Source of the DNA: an uncultured Bacteroidota bacterium
GTDB taxonomy: Bacteria > Bacteroidota > Bacteroidia > Flavobacteriales > BACL11
Length of the DNA: 48,004 nucleotides
Reading direction: 5' to 3'
Assembly (NCBI GenBank): GCA_902579065.1
Contig: CACHFI010000004.1
Span: 1 to 48,004, forward strand
The notes under the pieces are model-generated. The model made no database searches and was not told where the DNA came from. It worked only from the letters and a program-made list of their open reading frames with translations. Position numbers and translations under genes: made by a program. Shown here in pieces: positions 1 to 7,428 of this stretch (position 1 is its first letter; each line of letters opens with the position of its first letter).

Positions 1-2
1 AT

Positions 3-1082
3 AATGGTATCCAATTAACAGTTGCTCCATACTTTTCTGAGGAATTTTTTATTTCTTCAAAATTTAAATCAATATTAGGCTTGCGAGTTGAGTATTATAA
101 TCAGTATTATACTGGTGAGAATCAAGAGAATGAGGTGTATAATAATGTAAGGGTTATTGATGATTTAGGCTTTTATCCTAATTTTAATTTAATTTATGAA
201 CTAAGTAAGCAACAAAAATTTAGAACAGCAATTTTTAAAACAACTGCAAGACCATCTTTCAAAGAAAAATCTTTAGCTCAAATTTATGATGCAATCACTG
301 GAACTACATTTAATGGTAATATAAATCTAGTTCCAACAGATATAAATAATTTTGATTTTCGATATGAAATATATGGTGAAAAAACAAACTCTGCTACTAT
401 TAGTTTATTTTATAAAGATTTGAAGAATGCAATAGAGTTAGCTAAATTTAAGTCTGATGAAGACAACATACAACCAGTAAATGCTGAATCTTCTAACATA
501 AAGGGAATAGAATTTGAGTTTAAATCAGAAATTAAATTTATTTCTGATCTTGTTAATTCTTTTAATTTAAATTTTAACACCTCTTTTATTTCTTCTAGAA
601 CTTACATATTTGGAGATGAATTATCATCAAAACTTGATAATTTAAGAGATGGTGAAAGTCTAAATGATAATACTGATTTTCAGGAAAGATTTTTTAATCT
701 TTTAGGAATTCAAGATAATTCAGAATACTATAGAGTTATGCAGGGTCAAGCTCCGTATTTAGTTAATGTTGGTCTGAGTTATACAAACAATGAAAATTAT
801 TTGCAATGTGGAATGTATTATAATGTTCAAGGTAAAACATTATCAGTTGTTTCTATAAACAGAGAACCAGATATATATTCTTCACCTTTTCACAGTTTAA
901 ATCTTAATTTAAGTAAAAAGTTTGGAAATAAGAACCAGATAAAAGTTAATTTAGGTGCTAAAAATATTTTGAATTCAAGAAAAGAAATGCTTACTGATTC
1001 ATTTAAAGCAATTGATGAAATCTATAGCAGTTATGACCCAGGAAGAGAATTTTTTATAAAATTATCTTATAATTTAAAATAA
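3..1082 (+). CDS. TonB-dependent outer-membrane receptor, C-terminal barrel portion (5'-truncated)
   Basis: The frame is open from position 3 (NGIQLTVAPYFSEEF...LGLRVEY), so the 81 start is not the true start. Amphipathic beta-strands, TBDR-type motifs (ARPSFKE, GN.NL.P....N.D.RYE, MQGQAPY.VN.GL.Y, AKNILN) and a terminal GREFFIKLSYNLK strand. Confidence 0.85.
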   Translation, partial: NGIQLTVAPYFSEEFFISSKFKSILGLRVEYYNQYYTGENQENEVYNNVRVIDDLGFYPNFNLIYELSKQQKFRTAIFKTTARPSFKEKSLAQIYDAITGTTFNGNINLVPTDINNFDFRYEIYGEKTNSATISLFYKDLKNAIELAKFKSDEDNIQPVNAESSNIKGIEFEFKSEIKFISDLVNSFNLNFNTSFISSRTYIFGDELSSKLDNLRDGESLNDNTDFQERFFNLLGIQDNSEYYRVMQGQAPYLVNVGLSYTNNENYLQCGMYYNVQGKTLSVVSINREPDIYSSPFHSLNLNLSKKFGNKNQIKVNLGAKNILNSRKEMLTDSFKAIDEIYSSYDPGREFFIKLSYNLK

Positions 1083-1089
1083 AGATAGA

Positions 1090-2094
1090 TTAATTTTTTG
1101 CCTTTTCTAAAATAAAGGAAAATGTTGATCCTATATCTTGAGTGCTTCTCACATTTATAGTTTGTTGATGAGCTTCGATTATATGCTTAACAATTGCTAA
1201 TCCTAAACCAGTTCCCCCAATTTCTCTTGATCTATTTTTATCTACTCTATAAAATCTTTCAAATAATCTTTCAAGAGCTTCTTCACTAATTCCGATACCA
1301 TCATCAGAAACTTCTATCAACATTTTATCAGACATATCAAAAAGCCTGACATCAGTTTTCCCATTTTCTTTTCCATATTTAATAGAATTACTAATCAGAT
1401 TCATAAATACTTGCTGGATTTTATTTCTATCAGCATAAATAATTTCAGAATTAGAATTATTATTAAGTACTAATGAGATATTTCTTAAATTTGATTTCAT
1501 TTCTAATTGATCAAAAACTTCATTAATAAGGTTACAAATATTAAAATTCTCATAATCCAATTCGTCAACTTCTGTCTCTAGTCTTGAAATGACTTCCAAA
1601 TCATCAACAATATTTATCATTCTTTCAACACTTACATTTGCTCTTTTTAGATATTTTAAATTAATATTTTCATCTTTTAAACCTCCATCAATTAACGTTT
1701 GAATATATCCTTGAATATTAAATATTGGAGTCTTTAACTCATGAGATACATTTCCAATAAACTCTCTTCTGAAATTCTCATTTTTTTTCATTTCTAAAAG
1801 TTCTTCTTCTTTTTGGTTAGCCCAATCTTCCGCCTCTATATCAGCATTTTCCAGATTTAAATCAGAAATATTAGACGTCCCTTTAAACTTATATATGTTT
1901 TTGTAAATAATTTGGATTTTTTCATAAAACTGTTTTTTTAAAATAAAATATAATAAAAACATAAAAAATATTAATAAGATAAAGGCCAATAAGTAATCGT
2001 TAAAATAAGTGTTAACAATAAAGAAAATGCAGATTAATAGTGATGTTATTAAACAAATGAAAAATGTAAATTTAGCAGGTGTATTTAATTTCAT
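1090..2094 (-). CDS. Sensor histidine kinase, PhoR-like
   Basis: Two N-terminal TM helices, H-box FIGNVSHELKTP, N-box NLISNSIKY, G1 DDGIGI, F-box LFERFYRVDK, G2 GGTGLGLAIVKH. Confidence 0.9.
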   Translation of the reverse strand: MKLNTPAKFTFFICLITSLLICIFFIVNTYFNDYLLAFILLIFFMFLLYFILKKQFYEKIQIIYKNIYKFKGTSNISDLNLENADIEAEDWANQKEEELLEMKKNENFRREFIGNVSHELKTPIFNIQGYIQTLIDGGLKDENINLKYLKRANVSVERMINIVDDLEVISRLETEVDELDYENFNICNLINEVFDQLEMKSNLRNISLVLNNNSNSEIIYADRNKIQQVFMNLISNSIKYGKENGKTDVRLFDMSDKMLIEVSDDGIGISEEALERLFERFYRVDKNRSREIGGTGLGLAIVKHIIEAHQQTINVRSTQDIGSTFSFILEKAKN

Positions 2095-2747
2095 TATAAA
2101 TCAAATTTATATCCAATTCCTTTAATTGTTTTAATATGTTTATTTTTTAATTTTTCTTTTATTCGTTTAATATTCATATTAATAAACTTACTGTCTCTTG
2201 GTTCTTCCCTCCACAATTTATAAATAATATCTTCATCTGAAAAGATTTTTCCTGGAATTGACATTAATAAATGTAATAAATTAAATTCATCGTTTCTGAG
2301 AATAATATTTTTTCCATTATAAAATAGTTTTTTATGAACTAGATCCAGATATATATCACCAATATTTATTACATCTTGTTTAATTTTACTTTTTAACAAA
2401 AAATTAACTCTGGAAATTAATAATTTTGGATTAATTGGTTTAAAAATATAGTCATCTGCTCCAGCAGTATATCCTGCACTTTCTGAATAATCCTCAGATC
2501 TTGCAGAAAGAAATGTGACTATACTATTATCTAATTCTTTTATTTCTCTAATTTCTTTGCATACTTCAAAACCATCTTTTTCTGGCATCATAACATCAAG
2601 AATAATTAGGTTGGGCTTATGTTTTTTTGCAAGAATTAGCCCTTGACCTCCATTATTTGCAGTAATAACGGTAAATCCTTCTTTTCTTAATGCATATGAT
2701 AAGAATTCTAAAATATCTAATTCATCATCTACAATTAATATTTTCAT
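2094..2747 (-). CDS. OmpR/PhoB-family response regulator (PhoP-like)
   Basis: Receiver domain (ILIVDDE, ILDVMMP, GADDYIFKP) plus winged-helix C-terminus (IKTIKGIGYKF). Its stop overlaps the kinase start (TAATG). Confidence 0.9.
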   Translation of the reverse strand: MKILIVDDELDILEFLSYALRKEGFTVITANNGGQGLILAKKHKPNLIILDVMMPEKDGFEVCKEIREIKELDNSIVTFLSARSEDYSESAGYTAGADDYIFKPINPKLLISRVNFLLKSKIKQDVINIGDIYLDLVHKKLFYNGKNIILRNDEFNLLHLLMSIPGKIFSDEDIIYKLWREEPRDSKFINMNIKRIKEKLKNKHIKTIKGIGYKFDL

Positions 2748-2757
2748 TTGAGTTAAA

Positions 2758-2785
2758 TTAACTTTTAATTAACATACGATTAAAC
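2758..2785. promoter_or_regulatory. Three TTAA-core direct repeats at 11-bp period (candidate Pho-box-like site, array 1)
   Basis: TTAACT at 2758, TTAACA at 2769, TTAAAC at 2780. The AT-rich background lowers significance. Confidence 0.35.
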
Positions 2786-2816
2786 TTAAATATATATTAA
2801 AATAAGTATGTAAAAT

Positions 2817-2824
2817 TAAATTTG
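2817..2824 (+). promoter_or_regulatory. Bacteroidota sigma70 -7 element (TAAATTTG)
   Basis: Matches TAnnTTTG in the divergent intergenic region upstream of the permease. Confidence 0.4.
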
Positions 2825-2860
2825 TTAAGTTTTAAAAATAATAAACTCTTTTTTATTTTT

Positions 2861-2888
2861 TTAATATTTTTTTAATAGTTTTTTAATA
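2861..2888 (+). promoter_or_regulatory. Three TTAATA direct repeats at 11-bp period (candidate Pho-box-like site, array 2)
   Basis: TTAATA at 2861, 2872 and 2883, followed by a degenerate -7 element TAACTTTA at 2900-2907. Confidence 0.4.
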
Positions 2889-2942
2889 CATATAATTGTT
2901 AACTTTAGACCCTATTTACTTAAAAAATAAAAGTATAATTAC

Positions 2943-4085
2943 ATGAAAAAAATTTTTCGAGCTTTTGGGTATCCTGATGTAGTTTGGTTTCCAAAGAGTG
3001 AGCATTCATTTTTAACATTTATTTGTATTTCCTTTATTTTAGTAATGTTTATTACTCCTTATCCACATCTCGCTATGTGGGCTGGTTTTTTGTTTGCTGC
3101 TTATGCTGCTATAGCTAACGATAGTATTCAAACAATTGGAACCTTTATTGCTTCAAATCAAGACAAAAAGTGGTGGGTTCTATGGATTTTTATTGGAGGT
3201 ATTTTCTTTTTTACTATGCTTTATAGTTGGATTACTCTTGATGGAGATGTTAGTCATGGAAGATTAACCTCTAAAGGATTTGAAATTGCCCCTACTGAGT
3301 TTCATTTTCTTCAGGTTGCTGCACCTATTTTCTTACTTATTCTTACTAGGTTAAGAATGCCTGTTTCCACTACTTTTATTTTATTAACTTCTTTTGCTGC
3401 AACTCCGGCAGCTGTAGGTGGTGTTCTTGCAAAGAGTATGAGTGGCTATATTTTGTCTTTTTTATTAGGCCTTATATTTTTTCTAATTGTTGCTAAATCT
3501 GCAAAAAAATATTTTGTTGGAAAAGCCAAGTTTGGTTGGACTATTGCTCAATGGATTACCTCTGGAACATTATGGTCTGTTTGGTTAATGCAAGATGCTG
3601 CAAATATTGCAGTTTATTTACCTAGAAGTTTACATATATTTGAATTTATTGCTTTTACTTCAATAGTAATAATTGGTTTGGGGTTATTATTATTTTATAA
3701 AGGAGGTAGAATTCAAAAAATTGTAACTGAAAAATCTGTTGTTACTGACGTTCGCTTTGCTACATTAATAGATTTTATTTATTGCATAATTCTATTTTAT
3801 TTTAAGTTACACAGTAAAGTACCAATGAGTACTACTTGGGTATTTATTGGTTTATTAGCAGGAAGAGAGTTAGGAATGGCACTTATGAATACTGGCGATA
3901 ATTCTATTTCCAAAAGTTTAAAATTAGGTTTAAAAGATATGACATTCGCGCTTTTAGGTCTAATTATTTCTATTGCTATTGCTATAGGTGTAAACGATGA
4001 GCTCTCATTTAATTCTATGATTACAACAATGCCAGAAGAATTTTTGGCTGGATTAGTGAAATTTTTCTCTAGTATTGGATTATAA
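2943..4085 (+). CDS. Multi-pass membrane permease, distant PiT/PHO4 (phosphate/sulfate permease)-like
   Basis: About 10 hydrophobic segments and an internal twofold repeat: IANDSIQT...PVSTTF versus MQDAANI...PMSTTW, resembling the duplicated PiT GxND and P(V/I)STT signatures. Confidence 0.65.
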   Translation: MKKIFRAFGYPDVVWFPKSEHSFLTFICISFILVMFITPYPHLAMWAGFLFAAYAAIANDSIQTIGTFIASNQDKKWWVLWIFIGGIFFFTMLYSWITLDGDVSHGRLTSKGFEIAPTEFHFLQVAAPIFLLILTRLRMPVSTTFILLTSFAATPAAVGGVLAKSMSGYILSFLLGLIFFLIVAKSAKKYFVGKAKFGWTIAQWITSGTLWSVWLMQDAANIAVYLPRSLHIFEFIAFTSIVIIGLGLLLFYKGGRIQKIVTEKSVVTDVRFATLIDFIYCIILFYFKLHSKVPMSTTWVFIGLLAGRELGMALMNTGDNSISKSLKLGLKDMTFALLGLIISIAIAIGVNDELSFNSMITTMPEEFLAGLVKFFSSIGL

Positions 4086-4094
4086 AAAATTAAT

Positions 4095-4102
4095 TAAATT
4101 TG
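4095..4102 (+). promoter_or_regulatory. Bacteroidota -7 element (TAAATTTG)
   Basis: TAnnTTTG 9 bp upstream of the porin ATG. Confidence 0.5.
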
Positions 4103-4111
4103 TAAAAAAAA

Positions 4112-5095
4112 ATGAAAAATTATATTTTAATACTTATAGTATCTATCATAACTTTTGATAGTTATTCTCAGGGAACTACATATGCTAAAATATTTTCTGA
4201 TTTTAATTATAGTCTTGCAGACGTATCAAATCCATACAAAGAGTTTAAAGTTTCAAATGCAATTTTCGGACATAAGCATACTCTTAATAATAAATTTTCT
4301 GCAAATATAACATTCGATGTTGGTAACAATAGTTCTGGAAGTTCATATACTGCTTTTTTAAAATTAGCCTCATTAAAATGGAGTCCAACTGATAGAGTTT
4401 TTGTAGATTTTGGTATCATAAAAGCAAGTAATTTTACTTTTATGGAAAATTCCTGGGGTAAAAGATATATATACAAATCTTTTCAAGATGTAAATAAATG
4501 GTCTCACTTTTCTGATGCTGGAGTCGGTTTGACATATATTTTATCAGACAACTTAATAATAGATGCTCAAATTCTTAATGGAGATGGTTATAAAAACTTA
4601 CAAGGATCTGATGCATACATGAGAGGAGGTGCTGGAATTATCTTTAAGTCAGATGATATATCATTTAGAGTAGCTAGAGATGTAATGCCTAGAACTATGT
4701 ACAGTGATGATTATGAGTCACAATATATAAATACTTTGGCAGTAGCATACAGTGGATCAAACATGACTCTTGGTGGTGAATACAACCTAAGAGAAAACAC
4801 TTCTAATGTTGTTGACAATACTAGTTCTGCTTTTTCAGTATATGGAAATTTAGATATTGGAAATGATGTTTCTGTTTTTGGAAGATATGACATGTCTGAT
4901 TCTGAAGATGCTAATGAAAATCAATGGAATATTGAAAATGAAGGAGAACTAACTATTTTTGGCATTGAAAAGCAAATGACAAAAGGAGTTAAGGTAGCTG
5001 TAAATGTTAAATCTTTTAAGGCTGCAACATTAGATGGTGAAGAAGAAGCTGAGGCTAACAATATGCTATATTTAAACCTTGAATATAAATTCTAA
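4112..5095 (+). CDS. Outer-membrane beta-barrel porin (possibly phosphate-selective OprO/P-like)
   Basis: Signal peptide (SYS/Q), alternating amphipathic strands, motifs AFLKLASLKW, WGKRYIYKSFQD and NGDGYK, and a C-terminal YLNLEYKF barrel signature. Confidence 0.7.
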   Translation: MKNYILILIVSIITFDSYSQGTTYAKIFSDFNYSLADVSNPYKEFKVSNAIFGHKHTLNNKFSANITFDVGNNSSGSSYTAFLKLASLKWSPTDRVFVDFGIIKASNFTFMENSWGKRYIYKSFQDVNKWSHFSDAGVGLTYILSDNLIIDAQILNGDGYKNLQGSDAYMRGGAGIIFKSDDISFRVARDVMPRTMYSDDYESQYINTLAVAYSGSNMTLGGEYNLRENTSNVVDNTSSAFSVYGNLDIGNDVSVFGRYDMSDSEDANENQWNIENEGELTIFGIEKQMTKGVKVAVNVKSFKAATLDGEEEAEANNMLYLNLEYKF

Positions 5096-5117
5096 AGTTT
5101 AATCACTGTTAAAATTT

Positions 5118-5146
5118 AAGAGCCTCTTAATGAGGCTCTTTTTTTT
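5118..5146 (+). terminator. Rho-independent terminator
   Basis: AAGAGCCTC-TTAAT-GAGGCTCTT perfect 9-bp stem followed by a T-run, just after the porin stop. Confidence 0.85.
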
Positions 5147-5160
5147 ATTTAAAAATCAAG

Positions 5161-5168
5161 TAAATTTG
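5161..5168 (+). promoter_or_regulatory. Bacteroidota -7 element (TAAATTTG), near-leaderless transcript
   Basis: TAnnTTTG only 4 bp before the ATG at 5173. Confidence 0.5.
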
Positions 5169-5172
5169 TAAT

Positions 5173-7425
5173 ATGAGATTTTTACTTCTTTTTTGTCTTT
5201 TTCCATTTTTATCATTCTCTCAAGATAGTTTAAATATGAGTGTTTTAGGTTATGTTGATTATCCTAATACAAAAGGGATTGACATATGGGGGTGGGTGGA
5301 TTCCTCTGGAAGTGAATTTGCTATTGTTGGTCTTAGGGATGGTGTATCCGTTGTTGATGTAACAGATCCTATTAATCCGGATGAGAAATTTTTTATCCCT
5401 GATATTTATTCAACTTGGAGAGATATCAAAACTTGGGGTAATTATGCATATGTAACAACAGAATCAGATACAGGTCTTTTAATTATTGATCTATCTGATA
5501 TGAGTGGTAACACCTATTGGCATGTAAAAGATTTTATAAGCGATAATTTAAATGACACTATTCATTTCGAAGCTGCACACAATCTTTTTATAGATGAAAA
5601 TGGTATTGCTTATATTTTTGGAGCTAGCAATCCTCCTGGAATGTCAGCACCACCAAATGGAGCAATTTTTCTTGATCTTAATTCAGATCCTATCAATCCT
5701 ACATACTTAGGTAATTGGAATGAGCATTATATTCATGATGGTATGGTCAGAAATGATACATTATGGGCTGCTTGTGTGTATTATGGTAGTGCTTTTTGTA
5801 TTGATGTTTTAGATAAATCTTTTCCAAATACTATTACTAGTGTTAACACTCCAAATTCATTTACACATAATGTATGGTTATCTGATGATGGAGATTATAT
5901 TTTTACTACTGATGAACAAGGAAATGCATACATAACTGCTTATAATATTGATGATATCTATAATATTTATGAAATCGATAGAATACAATCTAATCCTGGG
6001 TCAAATTCAATTCCTCATAATTCTCATGTTGATGGTAATTTCTTAGTTACTTCATACTATACTAATGGAACAGTAGTTCATGATATAACTTACCCAGAAA
6101 ATATGGTAGAAGTAGCATATTATGATTCTTATCCAGGATCAGGTTGGGGATTTGATGGTTGTTGGGGAACTTATCCATTTCTACCTTCAGGAAATATTAT
6201 CTCTTCTGATATTAATAGTGGACCTAATGGAACTGGTAAATTATTAATTTATTCTAGAGGATTTCAGCAAGCATGTCATCTTGAAGGAAACATTACTGAT
6301 CAAACTAATGGTAATCCTATTTCAAATGCTAATGTATCTTTATTAAATACATCTTTTTCATCTACATCTAATCTAAATGGATTTTATCAAATTTCATCAT
6401 TAGATTCTGGCTTATATAATCTCATTGTATCTGCTTTTGGATATGAAAATGATACAATTAGTGTTTTATTAGATAATGGTGTAGTTTCAAATTTGAATAT
6501 TAGCTTAGATCCTACATGTACCTTTCCTAAACCAGATAGCTTGTATGTATTTGATATAATTGATACTAGAGTAAAAATAGGATGGAGAAATATGAATTCT
6601 ACTGATTGTAGAGTTCTTAAATATTTTGTAAGATTTAGAGAAGTTGGTAGTCCTACATGGATTACGAGATCTGCAGGTGCTAGTAGTGGATTATGCAATT
6701 TTGGGTTAAATAATACAGTTAAGCAATTAAATAATTTATCTCCAAGTACAACATATGAATTTAAAATGAAGGCTTTTTATTGTGGAGGAGGAGCTTCAGG
6801 TTATTCTCTACCTATTCAATTTTCTACTGCTGATGTATGTCCATCTATGTCAGGATTAACAGTATCTACCTTTAATTTTCAGCCTGGCAAGGTTAGGTTT
6901 GATTGGGATATCTTTGATCCTTATACTTTTGCTAGAATTAAGTATAGAATTGATACAACAAACTCATTATGGCAAAATGTAGGTGGATTTGGAATATTTT
7001 ACCCAACATCATCTGTAAATGCATTTGGATTAATTCCTGGAACTATTTACAGAGCCCATGGTAGATTATTTTGTGATTCTAATATAACTGCTTATAGATC
7101 TCCCTCTTGGACAAATCCTCCTATATATTGGTCACAACCTAATTCACCCATTAGAAATGGAATAGAAGCATCTAGTGATGATATTAGCATCTTTCCAAAT
7201 CCCTCTAAAGGTATTTTTAATTTGTCACATAACTTAGAATTTAAATCTGATTTAGTTATTCAGATTCATAATTCAATAGGAGAGTTGGTTTATGAAAAAT
7301 TATTTGAAGAATATATTGGAGAAATCAAATTACGATTTAATCTAACAGAATTTAGTTCTTCAATTTATTTTATAAGTGTAAATGATAATATTTCAATTTA
7401 CAAGAGAAAATTAATAGTCGAATAA
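5173..7425 (+). CDS. Choice-of-anchor B family (LVIVD-like propeller) secreted protein with carboxypeptidase-regulatory-like domain, two Cys-containing FN3-like domains and T9SS type A CTD
   Basis: Signal peptide; DIWGW, STWRDIKTW, AHNLFID, YIHD, THNVW, PHN and GCWGTYPFLPSG motifs; G.ITD..NG.PI.NA.V domain; C-terminal IFPNPSKG...NSIGELV...IYFI. Confidence 0.8.
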   Translation: MRFLLLFCLFPFLSFSQDSLNMSVLGYVDYPNTKGIDIWGWVDSSGSEFAIVGLRDGVSVVDVTDPINPDEKFFIPDIYSTWRDIKTWGNYAYVTTESDTGLLIIDLSDMSGNTYWHVKDFISDNLNDTIHFEAAHNLFIDENGIAYIFGASNPPGMSAPPNGAIFLDLNSDPINPTYLGNWNEHYIHDGMVRNDTLWAACVYYGSAFCIDVLDKSFPNTITSVNTPNSFTHNVWLSDDGDYIFTTDEQGNAYITAYNIDDIYNIYEIDRIQSNPGSNSIPHNSHVDGNFLVTSYYTNGTVVHDITYPENMVEVAYYDSYPGSGWGFDGCWGTYPFLPSGNIISSDINSGPNGTGKLLIYSRGFQQACHLEGNITDQTNGNPISNANVSLLNTSFSSTSNLNGFYQISSLDSGLYNLIVSAFGYENDTISVLLDNGVVSNLNISLDPTCTFPKPDSLYVFDIIDTRVKIGWRNMNSTDCRVLKYFVRFREVGSPTWITRSAGASSGLCNFGLNNTVKQLNNLSPSTTYEFKMKAFYCGGGASGYSLPIQFSTADVCPSMSGLTVSTFNFQPGKVRFDWDIFDPYTFARIKYRIDTTNSLWQNVGGFGIFYPTSSVNAFGLIPGTIYRAHGRLFCDSNITAYRSPSWTNPPIYWSQPNSPIRNGIEASSDDISIFPNPSKGIFNLSHNLEFKSDLVIQIHNSIGELVYEKLFEEYIGEIKLRFNLTEFSSSIYFISVNDNISIYKRKLIVE

Positions 7426-7428
7426 AAA

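Noticed and set aside
6151-6222. Near-identical DNA to about 41544-41615, considered as a mobile repeat, recent gene conversion or DGR template/variable pair
   Set aside because: Differences fall at synonymous positions, are not adenine-specific, and no reverse transcriptase is present; protein-level conservation between paralogues explains it.
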